Origin: Vicinamibacterales bacterium
GTDB lineage: Bacteria > Acidobacteriota > Vicinamibacteria > Vicinamibacterales > JAMQPK01
Direction of reading: 5' to 3'
Length of the DNA: 64,000 nucleotides
Assembly (NCBI GenBank): GCA_963850295.1
Contig: CAWKKU010000001.1
Coordinates: 29,993 to 93,992, forward strand
Shown here: positions 9,655 through 19,184 of the stretch, piece after piece
Position numbering within the stretch: the first letter of the stretch is position 1
Layout of the letters: each line of letters opens with the position of its first letter
The notes under the pieces: model-generated
The model's input: only the letters and a program-made list of their open reading frames with translations
Database searches by the model: none
What the model was told of the DNA's origin: nothing
Made by a program: the position numbers and the translations under genes

Positions 9655-11060
9655 CTCACCTCCTCGAGATCAACGGCGATGTGACGCCACTGTCCCTGAT
9701 TGAACCGCCAGACGCTCAACGCGCAGCGTGTCGCGTGGCCGATGAGGATCGCGACCCAGATATCAATCGGGTCGAGCGTGCCGGTCTGTTGAATGACGAA
9801 ACAGATGCCGAGCGGCACGACGATCTGCGACAGGATCGAAATGTACAAGGGGCTCCTGGTGTCGCCCGTTCCCTGCAGGCCGCCCGTGTATGTCAGCGCG
9901 ACAGCGATGAGGATTCCTGACACGCTCAGTACCCGAAGCAGCTCGACGCCGATCTCCACGACTGCCGGTTCGTTCATACCGAAGATCGCCAGCAGCTGAC
10001 GCGGAAAGACCATGAAAAAGAAGCCCACGAGTGCGGCGACGCCGATGGCGACGCGCGCGGCCGCGTGCACCGCGGCATCAGCGCGATCCGGGCGTCCCGC
10101 GCCGAGGTTCTGCCCCGCCACGGCCGCCGCGGCGCCCATCAATCCGACAGACGTCCAGGTGATGAGTGAGAACAGTTGAGAGTAAGAAACGGCGAAGGCG
10201 GCCTGCGCCGCGGCGCTCTGCGGCAGCGATCCGATGAACGACAGCATGAGCACGCCGCCGATGTTCATCGCAATCCCCTGGATGCCTGTCGGAAGTCCGA
10301 ACCGGAACAGCGACCTGATGATGCGCCAGTCGGGGCCCCACCCGCGGCCGCGCGGAAACGACACGACCCACGCTCCGCTCGCGAGCTTCCACATCGAATA
10401 CACGGCAACGAGACCCGACGCAAGCGCCGTACCCATGGCGGAGCCTGCCGTGCCGAACGACGGAATCGGGCCGAGGCCGCGTATCAGGATGACGTTGAAC
10501 ACGAGATTCAGCGCCGTCATGGCGATGCCCAGCATCATCGGCGTCCGTGCGTCACCTGCCGAACGCAGCGCCGCGCTCAACAGGAAGAAGGTCATCATGC
10601 CGCCGACGAACAGAAACATGATGCGGAGGAACGGCAGCGCTTCGGCTTTCACGGCGGGAGCCGCATGGACGAACTCGAGCAGCCACGGCGACGCGAAATA
10701 GCCCAGCGGGGCCATGACGCCAAAGGAGAGAAAGGTGGCGGTGAGAAACGCCTGATAGACGGCGCGGTCGACCTTGTCGGAGTCTCCGGCGCCCGCGAAC
10801 CTGGCGACGAGCACGCCCATGCCGGAAAACAGCGATGAGATGAAGACGATGACGACGAGGATGATTTGCCAGCTGACGCCGATGGCGGCGTTGCCGGTAA
10901 AGCCGACGAGGTGGCCAACGAGCGCGTGGTCGACGATGCCCTGCAACCCGCCAACGATGTTCGTGAGCATCGTCGGCCACGCGATTTTCCAGACAGCGGG
11001 ACGGAGCGGTCCGTCCACGATCGAACGGTCGTACCTGGGCCTATCGAGGACGGTTGCCAC
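9651..11060 (-). CDS. MATE family efflux transporter
   Basis: KIAWPTML, LRSAGDARTPM, GQNLGAG, LQGTGDTRSP; about 12 TM segments. Confidence 0.92.
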   Translation of the reverse strand: MATVLDRPRYDRSIVDGPLRPAVWKIAWPTMLTNIVGGLQGIVDHALVGHLVGFTGNAAIGVSWQIILVVIVFISSLFSGMGVLVARFAGAGDSDKVDRAVYQAFLTATFLSFGVMAPLGYFASPWLLEFVHAAPAVKAEALPFLRIMFLFVGGMMTFFLLSAALRSAGDARTPMMLGIAMTALNLVFNVILIRGLGPIPSFGTAGSAMGTALASGLVAVYSMWKLASGAWVVSFPRGRGWGPDWRIIRSLFRFGLPTGIQGIAMNIGGVLMLSFIGSLPQSAAAQAAFAVSYSQLFSLITWTSVGLMGAAAAVAGQNLGAGRPDRADAAVHAAARVAIGVAALVGFFFMVFPRQLLAIFGMNEPAVVEIGVELLRVLSVSGILIAVALTYTGGLQGTGDTRSPLYISILSQIVVPLGICFVIQQTGTLDPIDIWVAILIGHATRCALSVWRFNQGQWRHIAVDLEEVR

Positions 11061-11075
11061 CGCCCATAAGCATAC

Positions 11076-11961
11076 CTAGTCGCGATGTGGCGCGCAGAGC
11101 ATGCCGTTGTTGTAGTTGTCCATCTGCCGATGTAGAGGCTCGCCGACCTTCCAGGCGTAGCTGGCGGCGTGAACACCCTTACCGACCGGGCCGTACTTCT
11201 GCATCCACTTGTTCGCCGCTTCGATGGTCGAGGCAGACACAGCTGCTGTCGTTGCCGACGAGCACGTTCAGCATGGCGGGGACGAGGGAGCTGAACATGG
11301 TCAGCGTCTTGTCTTTGCCGGGCGTGTCGAGCAGCGCAAGCGCCTGCGCCATTGTAGTGACGTCATCTTCCGCCGACCGTGATCGCCGGAACCGGCCATG
11401 CCTCAGGATGATTTTTCCAGTACCCGGGAGTGCCTGTGCCAGGCTGTTGCACGGGCGTTTGTGAGAATCCGAAGTCGGATATGCGGCTCGGTGTCGCCGT
11501 CCGTGACAACCTTCGCTACACTGTTGCCCAGTTCGTCTGGTACTCCCATCACTGTCGAACGTGTCGTCGCCCACATTCGCGGGGGATGGCTGTGTGCCCG
11601 GCGGAATTTGAACAGATACCGTCGATAGTCGCCCGCTAGGCGTCAGGAACCAAAACACCCCGTAAGAATCCGTGGCCCCGGGTGGTCTCATCACCAGAAG
11701 AATCGACCAGAGTTACAACAGCGCCCGGTGATCACCCCGCTCGTTCTCTTCCCGAACGCCGTTGTTGTTCGTGTCGTTCCACACGAGGCCGCAAAGTCCG
11801 CCCGATCCACAGCAGTCTTTGCGCCTCCGCAGGTGTCGCCGCGATCGACGCAAGGGGCACAAGCGCGGCGGCAAGGGCGGCGGCCCTGACGTGTTTGAGT
11901 GGACCGTCGAGGATGGTTTGAGTGTTTTCCAGCGCTGCCGATTGCTTATGTTCCTGAACAT
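11076..11961 (-). pseudogene. Multiply frameshifted gene for an SdrD-B/Cna-B-like secreted protein
   Basis: Fragments across frames: RBS AAGGAG and ATG at 11961; GLVWNDTNNNGVREENE; ANVGDDTFDSDG; DFGFSQTPVQQPGTGTPGYWKNHPEAWPV; KDKTLTMFSSLVPAMLNVLVGNDSSC; GEPLHRQMDNYNNGMLCAPHRD*. Confidence 0.7.
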
Positions 11962-12031
11962 CGATGGCTCCTTTTTGATGCGTTGTTGGGTTCTACTGCT
12001 GTAGCGTTGGCGACGAGTCGATACGAAGGGC

Positions 12032-13258
12032 GTGCGGTTTCTCTTCGTCAACAATCACTGCATCAGCGATCCCACGGCGGGCGTAACGCAGAGCCTGCGG
12101 ACGATCATGGAGTGGCTGGCCGAAGCCGGACACGAATGCGAAATTCTCACGACCGCGCGATTCGAGAGCCGCGTCACGTTCACGCTGGCGGAACATCTCG
12201 CCGGCCGGGGCGTCGAGCTGGGACCCAAAGACCGCGTTGTCCGGTACAGCGTCGGCCGCGTGCCGGTGACGCTGCTGGTCACGCGTCACAACGACGAGTC
12301 GCGTCCGCATCGCGGCGAGATGTCGGCGTATCTCTCGAAATTCGACGACCTGCTCGACAGGTTCGCGCCCGATCAGCTCATCGCCTGCAACGGGCACGCG
12401 ATGATCTTCGAGGCGATGTCGCGCGCGCGGGCCCGCGGTATGACCACCGCGTTTGCGGTGCGCGGGTTCGGGTATTACCAGGCCCGGTACTTCAAAGATG
12501 TCGACTACGCCTTCACGTGCAGTCAGTTTCTGAGCGACGTCTACAAGGAGAAACTCGGCCTCGACAGCACTCCGCTCGAGCCGCCGATCGACTGGTCTAC
12601 GGTCGTCGCACCAGCCGAGTCGCGCGCGTTCGTTACGTTCGTGCATCCCGCGCGGCACAAAGGTCTGTTGTTGTTCGCACGGCTCGCCGACATGCTCGGC
12701 TCGCGCCGCCCGGACATTCCCGTCCTCGTCGTGCAGTCCGGCCAGACGGCCGGCTCGCTCAACTCGATACCGGAGATCAATTTCTCTGCATATCCGCAAA
12801 TCATGGCCGCGCCACCGGTGGCCACTCCGTCGGAGTACTTCGCGCTTACAAAAATCCTCCTCGTCCCGTCCGTGTGGGAAGAGCCCTTTGGCCGTGTGGC
12901 TGCCGAAGCGATGATCAACGGCATTCCGCCGCTCGTCGGCACGAGAGGCGCGCTGCCCGGTGTCATCGGCGGCGATTTCTCCTCTGGTGGCGGCGGCCGG
13001 GTGCTGCCGATTCCAGACTGGATGAGCGGCGATACCTCTCGGCTGCCGACCGCGAAGGAAGTCGAACCGTGGTACGACGCCATCACCGCGCTGTGGGACG
13101 ATCGGGCGCTCTACACCTCGATGGGCGAACGAGCGCGGCAGATCGCCATCGAGCGATACGCCGAACCCGTGTCGCGAAAGCGGCACGTGGAGTACTTCGA
13201 GTCGCTCGGGCACGGGCACGGCCCATTGCCACTTCGCTGCCAATTTGGAACGGGCTGA
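12032..13258 (+). CDS. Glycosyltransferase family 4 (GT-B)
   Basis: HPARHKG, LVPSVWEEPFGRVAAEAMINGIP. Confidence 0.88.
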   Translation: MRFLFVNNHCISDPTAGVTQSLRTIMEWLAEAGHECEILTTARFESRVTFTLAEHLAGRGVELGPKDRVVRYSVGRVPVTLLVTRHNDESRPHRGEMSAYLSKFDDLLDRFAPDQLIACNGHAMIFEAMSRARARGMTTAFAVRGFGYYQARYFKDVDYAFTCSQFLSDVYKEKLGLDSTPLEPPIDWSTVVAPAESRAFVTFVHPARHKGLLLFARLADMLGSRRPDIPVLVVQSGQTAGSLNSIPEINFSAYPQIMAAPPVATPSEYFALTKILLVPSVWEEPFGRVAAEAMINGIPPLVGTRGALPGVIGGDFSSGGGGRVLPIPDWMSGDTSRLPTAKEVEPWYDAITALWDDRALYTSMGERARQIAIERYAEPVSRKRHVEYFESLGHGHGPLPLRCQFGTG

Positions 13259-13327
13259 TTTTCCGTGCAGTTGCGGGGAGTCACCGTGTGTGCGGCAGCG
13301 CACATACGAACAAATCTGTGAACGGAG

Positions 13328-13921
13328 TTACGAGATTTGGGTCAGGAAGGCTTTGATGCCGTTCATCAGCATCTGCACCGCCACCATGACGAGAAGCATT
13401 CCCATCAGCCGCTCGATGGCGATCAAGCCGCGCTCGCGCAGCACCCGATAAAAAAACGTCGAGCTGAGGAGAATCGCTCCGCCAATCGCCCACGCGATCG
13501 TCATCGCAATCCAGAGCGATGTCGCGTGTCCCGGCGACGAACGCTGCAGAAGCAGCAGCGCCGCGAGCGTGGACGGCCCGGCGAACAACGGGATCGCGAG
13601 CGGTACGAGAAACGGCTCCCCTTCGAGCGGCTCGCCGACCATGCCACCTTCGCGCGGGAAGATCATGCGCAGCGCAATCAGGAACAGCACGATGCCCCCG
13701 GCAATGCTCAGCGTTTCCTGCTCGAGCCTGAGGAACCGCAGCACGTAATTGCCGAGGAAGAGAAACGCGAGGAGCACGCCGTAGGCGAGGAGAATCTCGC
13801 GCATCAGAACGATGCGGCGGCGTGGTGCCGGTACGGTTTTCAAGATCGAGAGGAACGTCGGGATGTTGCCGAGCGGATCCATGATGAGCAGAAGCGTGAC
13901 GACTGCCGCGAACACGTCCAT
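13328..13921 (-). CDS. MarC/YhgN family membrane protein
   Basis: MDPLGNIP, IAGGIVLFLIA, VPLAIPLFAGP, ERLMGMLL. Confidence 0.92.
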   Translation of the reverse strand: MDVFAAVVTLLLIMDPLGNIPTFLSILKTVPAPRRRIVLMREILLAYGVLLAFLFLGNYVLRFLRLEQETLSIAGGIVLFLIALRMIFPREGGMVGEPLEGEPFLVPLAIPLFAGPSTLAALLLLQRSSPGHATSLWIAMTIAWAIGGAILLSSTFFYRVLRERGLIAIERLMGMLLVMVAVQMLMNGIKAFLTQIS

Positions 13922-13940
13922 AGGCTCAGGATCTTACGCT

Positions 13941-13992
13941 GAGAGAGCAGAGAGCAAAGAGCAGAGAGCAAGGAGCGAAGGGCAGAGTAAAG
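13941..13992. repeat. Degenerate (AGAGCAG/AGAGCAA) heptamer tandem repeat
   Basis: gagagagcag agagcaaaga gcagagagca aggagcgaag ggcagag. Confidence 0.75.
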
Positions 13993-13995
13993 CGA

Positions 13996-15228
13996 TCAGC
14001 GCAGGAGTGCGCCTTTTACTGCCGAGTGCAGGTATCGGACCTCTTCATCCGCCAGGCCGGCGCCGAACGTCGTCAGCCCGGCGCGCGTTTTGACCGTAAC
14101 ACCGCCGCTTTTCGCAAACCGGCTGAGAACAGCGAGGGCCCGTTCCGTACGTGGACCCACTTGTGCCGCCGCCATCGCGGGCCGTTGACGCGTGGCCTCT
14201 TCCGCGGACTTCCTGGCTGAGGTCAGCATCGAGTCCCGGGTGCTGTAGTCGATGTCGAGGATGTCGTCCGCCGCGATTGTCGCGACCGTCCGAGTTTTCC
14301 ACGCGCCGCGCTCCTCGACGCGAATGCCACTTGTCGAAGCCGTGACGGTTGTCCGGCCGCGCCTCGATTTCAGATACGCGTGCACTCCGCTCCACGCCGG
14401 TAGCGCGCCGAAAGCGAGAACCAGGAATCCGAGAAATACCCAGGCGACGCCATCCGGCGTCTTGGACTGCCGGAAGAAGTCGAAAAACGGGCCGAACAGG
14501 AACACCGGCGCGGCGATCGGGATGGCAAAAAACAGGAAGAGCGCGAGATGCGGCCGCGAGTTCGGAATCACGATACGGACACCGTCGGCGCTCTGGATGA
14601 CATCCGCGGCCATCACACGTGGACGGGTGATCGGCTCGGCCTTGAAATGCTCCATGCGCGCACGAAGCTTCAAGGGAAGCGAAGCCTGAGCCGCCGTCAG
14701 CCGCGTCGGATGGTCGGTCGTGGCATCTTCGATCTCGAAATTGAAGAGGCCGGCAATGGCAGTGGCGCGCTCGCGCGACTCCGAATAGTTCGTCGATCCG
14801 AACAGCGGCAGGTTGCCCCCGGTGCGCGCCTTCAAGCTGACGGGGTATTGATCCGCGGTGTCGGAATCGCCGCGTCGAAAATCGATCAGCACCGTAGAGT
14901 AGTCGCCGATTGGGTGGGTCTTCGCGCGCATCGGCACGACCAGCCCGTACTGCACGACCACTGTCCGGTCCGCGTTGTTGAACGTCGTCCAGGTGCGGCC
15001 GAACACGAGGACGCCGCCGACGGTTGTAAAGACAGCGCCCATCACGAACATGATGGGCCAGGCGTACCACTGAACTTCGTTCGCGTTGCTGAGAGGAATG
15101 ATGCCGAAACTGATCAGCATCACGGCAAGGCCCGCGCAGAAAAACGGCAGTCCGAACAGGCCGAGGCAGCCGCCTCCTTCGCGAACCTCGAGGCGTCCTG
15201 GTGCGACCTGCTCGAATGCGCGTGCCAT
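13996..15228 (-). CDS. Hypothetical membrane protein with two (2-TM plus soluble domain) halves
   Basis: 410-aa ORF with two TM hairpins, each followed by a beta-rich segment; no family recognised. Confidence 0.75.
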   Translation of the reverse strand: MARAFEQVAPGRLEVREGGGCLGLFGLPFFCAGLAVMLISFGIIPLSNANEVQWYAWPIMFVMGAVFTTVGGVLVFGRTWTTFNNADRTVVVQYGLVVPMRAKTHPIGDYSTVLIDFRRGDSDTADQYPVSLKARTGGNLPLFGSTNYSESRERATAIAGLFNFEIEDATTDHPTRLTAAQASLPLKLRARMEHFKAEPITRPRVMAADVIQSADGVRIVIPNSRPHLALFLFFAIPIAAPVFLFGPFFDFFRQSKTPDGVAWVFLGFLVLAFGALPAWSGVHAYLKSRRGRTTVTASTSGIRVEERGAWKTRTVATIAADDILDIDYSTRDSMLTSARKSAEEATRQRPAMAAAQVGPRTERALAVLSRFAKSGGVTVKTRAGLTTFGAGLADEEVRYLHSAVKGALLR

Positions 15229-15253
15229 TCACGGTATTTATCGGCAGGTGGCG

Positions 15254-15302
15254 AAAATCGGGGTCGGGTGTCATTTAAAAATGACACCCGACCCCTATTT
15301 TT
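15254..15302. repeat. REP-like palindrome, copy 1
   Basis: AAAATCGGGGTCGGGTGTCATTT-AA-AAATGACACCCGACCCCTATTTT; related copies at 24140-24217 and 46931-46980. Confidence 0.9.
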
Positions 15303-16558
15303 TAGCCGGACTCGGCGCGCGCCAGCAGCAGCTCCCGCTCGCGCGCGTTCCGCGTCAGCGACGCCGCGCGAGTGAACTCCGCGCGGGCTTCCTGCGACCG
15401 CCCGAGCTTTGCGAGTAGATCTCCGCGCACGCTCGGCAACAGGTGATAGCTCTTGAGCGACGGCTCGTCCATCAGCCCGTCCACGATCGCCAGCCCTGCT
15501 TCCGGACCGAACGCCATGCCCACGGCGACCGCGCGATTCAATTCGACAACCGGCGAAGACGTAATCTGGAGCAGGCCTGCGTAAATTCCGGCGATGCGCA
15601 CCCAGTCGGTGACGGATGCCGACGCCGCGCGGGCGTGGCATGCGGCGATGGCCGCCTGCAGCGTGTACGGTCCGCGCTCCGGTGACAGCCGCTCCGCGCG
15701 GTCGAGCGCGGCAAGGCCTCTGCGAATCAGTAACTGATCCCATTTGCCGCGGTCCTGCTCGAGCAGCAGCACCGGCTCGCCCGCGGGCCCGAGCCGCGCG
15801 CGCGAGCGCGACGCCTGAATTTCCATCAACGCCAAGAGGCCATGTACTTCGGCTTCATCTGGCGCGAGCCCCGCAAGCACTCGACCGAGGCGCAGGGCGT
15901 CCTCGCAGAGACCCGGACGCATCCAGTCGTCGCCCGCCGTGGCCGAATATCCTTCGTTGAAGATGAGATAGATGACCTCGAGAACGGAAGACAGGCGCGC
16001 GTCGCGATCGTCGCCTCTCGGAACTTCGAACGGCACCGAGGCCTTCGCGAGCGTGCGCTTCGCGCGGACGATGCGCTGCGCAATGGTCGGTTCCGGCAAC
16101 AGAAACGCCCGCGCGATTTCGTCGGTCGTCAGCCCGCCAAGAAGGCGCAGCGTCAGCGCCGCGCGCGCTTCGGCCGAGAGGATTGGGTGGCATGCGGTGA
16201 AAATCAACCGCAACAGGTCGTCGCCGACGTCATCGTCCAGCGACGCTTCGATGTCTGGCGTCGAGGCGTTCTGCTGCTGCTCGAGCTCGTAGCCGAGCTC
16301 CGCGTGCTTGCGGTCGAGCATCTTGTTGCGCCGGAAATAGTCGACGGCGCGATTTTTCGCCGCCGCCATGAGCCACGCGCCGGCGTTTCTGGGGATGCCC
16401 GACGCGGGCCATTGTTCGAGCGCAGCGACGAGCGCATCGTGAGCGAGATCTTCCGCGAGCCCGACATCACGGACGATGCGCGCCAGCGCCGCGATGATCT
16501 TGGGTGATTCGATGCGCCAGACGGCGTCAATGGCGCGTTGTGGATCGGTAGCCGTCAC
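15302..16558 (-). CDS. ECF sigma factor with C-terminal TPR extension (ECF42-type, DUF6596)
   Basis: DDLLRLIFTACHP, LTLRLLGGLTTDEIARAFL, AQRIVRAK, IYLIFNEGY, GPYTLQAAIAACH; DGPF gene upstream. Confidence 0.92.
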   Translation of the reverse strand: MTATDPQRAIDAVWRIESPKIIAALARIVRDVGLAEDLAHDALVAALEQWPASGIPRNAGAWLMAAAKNRAVDYFRRNKMLDRKHAELGYELEQQQNASTPDIEASLDDDVGDDLLRLIFTACHPILSAEARAALTLRLLGGLTTDEIARAFLLPEPTIAQRIVRAKRTLAKASVPFEVPRGDDRDARLSSVLEVIYLIFNEGYSATAGDDWMRPGLCEDALRLGRVLAGLAPDEAEVHGLLALMEIQASRSRARLGPAGEPVLLLEQDRGKWDQLLIRRGLAALDRAERLSPERGPYTLQAAIAACHARAASASVTDWVRIAGIYAGLLQITSSPVVELNRAVAVGMAFGPEAGLAIVDGLMDEPSLKSYHLLPSVRGDLLAKLGRSQEARAEFTRAASLTRNARERELLLARAESG

Positions 16559-16580
16559 GGCTACCGATCAGACCACAACG

Positions 16581-16680
16581 CGCCAGCCGGTAGCCAGTAG
16601 CCATTAGCTGGTAGTCCTGTGGCTGGTAGCCAGCTACTAGCCATACGACTACCGGCTATTGGCTATCGGCTACTGGCTTC
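16581..16680. repeat. Inverted degenerate heptamer repeat (TAGCCAG ... CTGGCTA) overlapping the SRPBCC stop
   Basis: tagccag tagccat tagctgg tagtc ... gacta ccggcta ttggcta tcggcta ctggct. Confidence 0.75.
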
Positions 16681-17198
16681 GTCACAGCGTCCAGATTGCC
16701 CAGCCCTTGCTCGAAATCGGCACCGATCAAGCTGTCCATGTTCATGAACACGGAAAACGCCTTGCTGATGAAGTTGTTTTCGCCGCTCATCGACCATGTG
16801 ACGTTCGTGCCCGGCCCGCTCGGCGCGAAATCGAACTGGGTCGTGTTCGTCGCCGCGAACGGCTTGATGAACTCGAGCCGAATCGTGACGCTTTGCGGCG
16901 CCCGGCTGTCGGTGATCGTCATGCGCCCTTCACCGACGTCGTTGTTCCCCTTCCAGGCGTACGACGCGCCGGGGCCGGCCGGCGCGCCGCTGTACTCTCT
17001 CGTCATCGCGGGGTCCCGTTTTTCCCAGGGCGACCACGCCGGCCATTTGCGAAAATCGTTGACGTGCGCGTGCACGACGTCCGGCGGCGCGGCCAGCGTC
17101 CGCGACCGCGAGATGCTGAAGTTGGCGGGCCGGGTGGCGATGTAGGCGGCCAGCGCCGCGAGCCCGACCGCCAATCCGACGAATATCTTTCGCAGCAT
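16656..17198 (-). CDS. SRPBCC/polyketide cyclase family protein with N-terminal anchor
   Basis: VNDFRKWPAWSPW, YAWKGNNDVGEGRMTI, LEFIKPF, IGADFEQGL. Confidence 0.88.
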   Translation of the reverse strand: MLRKIFVGLAVGLAALAAYIATRPANFSISRSRTLAAPPDVVHAHVNDFRKWPAWSPWEKRDPAMTREYSGAPAGPGASYAWKGNNDVGEGRMTITDSRAPQSVTIRLEFIKPFAATNTTQFDFAPSGPGTNVTWSMSGENNFISKAFSVFMNMDSLIGADFEQGLGNLDAVTKPVADSQ

Positions 17199-17254
17199 CG
17201 TCTGTCTCCTTACCCGGCTGTCCGGAGGCCGTTGCCGCCGATTTTACTGCTGAG

Positions 17255-17665
17255 TTAAGATTTCTGCTTCTCGAGCTGATCGGCCACGCGGCGATGGTGC
17301 TCGATGGCGTCGCCGGGGGCAAAGTCCTCGAGCTCGAAATATTGGCGAAGCTCGACCTCTCCGTCGTGGAACGGAACGCGTTTCGCCCATTCGATGGCCT
17401 CTTGTTTAGACTTGACCTGAATAATCCAATATCCGGCGATGAGCTCCTTCGATTCAGCGAACGGCCCGTCAACGACCGTACGCTTGTCGCCGGAATATTT
17501 CACCCGCGCCCCGGCGGAGCTCGGCTTCAGGCCGGAACCGTCCAGCATCACGCCGGCTTTCACCAGTTCTTCGTTGTATTTAGCCATGTCAGCGAGCGCT
17601 GATTCGCTCGGCATGGCCCCTGCTTCGGATTCCTTACTGGCTTTCACAATCATCATGAATCTCAC
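17255..17665 (-). CDS. YciI/DGPF domain protein
   Basis: VVDGPFAESKELIAGYWII; GTG start at 17665 with RBS GAGGAGG. Confidence 0.92.
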   Translation of the reverse strand: MRFMMIVKASKESEAGAMPSESALADMAKYNEELVKAGVMLDGSGLKPSSAGARVKYSGDKRTVVDGPFAESKELIAGYWIIQVKSKQEAIEWAKRVPFHDGEVELRQYFELEDFAPGDAIEHHRRVADQLEKQKS

Positions 17666-17711
17666 GGCTGACCTCCTCGAAGTTACTGTCATTCCCGCCC
17701 TCTACAATCAC

Positions 17712-17738
17712 GACGAACGAGGCCGGGCCAAATCGACA
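17712..17738 (-). promoter_or_regulatory. ECF42-type promoter for the DGPF-SRPBCC-sigma operon
   Basis: Minus strand TGTCGA-N17-CGTC, matching the ECF42 consensus (TGTCGA / CG[A/T]C) as I recall it; near-identical copy at 24616-24642. Confidence 0.75.
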
Positions 17739-17749
17739 CGGAGGATTGC

Positions 17750-18862
17750 ATGAACGGCGTTCGCGTACTAGTGGGCACCCGGAAGGGTGCGTTCGTTCTT
17801 ACTTCGGACGGAAAACGGGACCGCTGGGACGTAAACGGCCCCCATTTCGCCGGCTGGGAGATCTATCACGTTAAAGGATCGCCGGTAGATCCCAACCGGA
17901 TTTACGCATCGCAGTCGAGCGGCTGGTTCGGGCAGGTGATCCAGCGCTCGAATGACGGCGGCAAGACATGGGAGGCCGTCGACAACAAATTCGTCTACGA
18001 CGGCGTCCCCGGCACGCATCAGTGGTACGACGGGACGCCGCACCCCTGGGAATTCAAGCGCGTGTGGCACCTCGAGCCGTCACTGAAAGATGCGGATACG
18101 GTATATGCGGGCGTCGAAGATGCGGCGATGTTCCGGTCCACCGATGGCGGGCAGTCGTGGCATGAGCTGTCGGGACTGAGAGGTCACGGGTCCGGCCCGC
18201 GCTGGCAGCCGGGCGCCGGAGGACTGTGCCTTCACACCATCGTCATCGATCCAACAAACACCGATCGGATCTTCGTCGCCATCTCCGCAGCCGGCGCATT
18301 CAGGACAGATGACGGCGGGAAGACGTGGCAGCCGATCAACCGCGGCCTGCGGTCGCAGTACATTCCGGACGCAGATGCCGAGGTCGGCCACTGCGTTCAC
18401 CGGATCGCCATGCATCCGTCGCGGCCGAACGTGCTCTTCATGCAGAAGCACTGGGACGTGCTGCGCACCGACAATTCGGGGGACTCGTGGACCGAGGTCA
18501 GCGGCAACCTGCCCACCGATTTCGGCTTCGTCATCGATGTGCACGCGCACGAGCCGGAGACGATTTACGTGGTGCCCATCAAAAGCGATTCCGAGCACTT
18601 TCCGCTCGACGGCAAGCTGCAGGTGTTCCGGAGCCGGAGCGGCGGCAACGAGTGGGAAGCGCTTACCAACGGTCTGCCGCAGCATGACTGCTACGTAAAC
18701 GTGTTGAGGGACGCCATGGCCGTCGATACGCTCGACTCATGCGGCATTTACTTCGGCACGACCGGAGGTCAGGTGTACGTCTCGCCTGATGGCGGCGACT
18801 CGTGGAAGACGATCGTCCGCGATCTGCCGCCAGTGGTCTCCGTCGAAGTGCAGACGATTTGA
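17750..18862 (+). CDS. BNR/Asp-box (sialidase-like) beta-propeller protein without a signal peptide
   Basis: Asp-boxes [44 protein letters not shown]. Confidence 0.88.
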   Translation: MNGVRVLVGTRKGAFVLTSDGKRDRWDVNGPHFAGWEIYHVKGSPVDPNRIYASQSSGWFGQVIQRSNDGGKTWEAVDNKFVYDGVPGTHQWYDGTPHPWEFKRVWHLEPSLKDADTVYAGVEDAAMFRSTDGGQSWHELSGLRGHGSGPRWQPGAGGLCLHTIVIDPTNTDRIFVAISAAGAFRTDDGGKTWQPINRGLRSQYIPDADAEVGHCVHRIAMHPSRPNVLFMQKHWDVLRTDNSGDSWTEVSGNLPTDFGFVIDVHAHEPETIYVVPIKSDSEHFPLDGKLQVFRSRSGGNEWEALTNGLPQHDCYVNVLRDAMAVDTLDSCGIYFGTTGGQVYVSPDGGDSWKTIVRDLPPVVSVEVQTI

Positions 18863-18863
18863 A

Positions 18864-19181
18864 ATGGGGTCGGACCCAATCGTCATTCGAGTGGTGCTGC
18901 CGGCGCACCTGCGTACGCTTGCGCGCGTCGGCAGCGGAGATGTGCTGCTCGAGGTGCCGGGGCCGCCGACACTGAGCGCCGTGCTCGATACGCTCGAAGC
19001 CCGGTATCCGACTCTTCGCGGCACGATCCGCGATCACGTCACGCTGAAGCGCCGCGCCTTCATCCGCTTTTTCGCCTGCGAAGAAGACCTGTCTCACGAG
19101 CCGCCGGATGCTCCGTTGCCCGAAGCCGTCGTCGCCGGGCGCGAACCTCTCTACGTGGTCGGCGCCATCGCGGGCGGATAA
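18864..19181 (+). CDS. MoaD/ThiS family ubiquitin-like protein
   Basis: [34 protein letters not shown]-terminal GAIAGG. Confidence 0.88.
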   Translation: MGSDPIVIRVVLPAHLRTLARVGSGDVLLEVPGPPTLSAVLDTLEARYPTLRGTIRDHVTLKRRAFIRFFACEEDLSHEPPDAPLPEAVVAGREPLYVVGAIAGG

Positions 19182-19184
19182 CGC

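Noticed and set aside
11179-12054. ORFs 11179..11694 and 11713..12054 as independent genes
   Set aside because: They are fragments of the single frameshifted SdrD-B-like gene.
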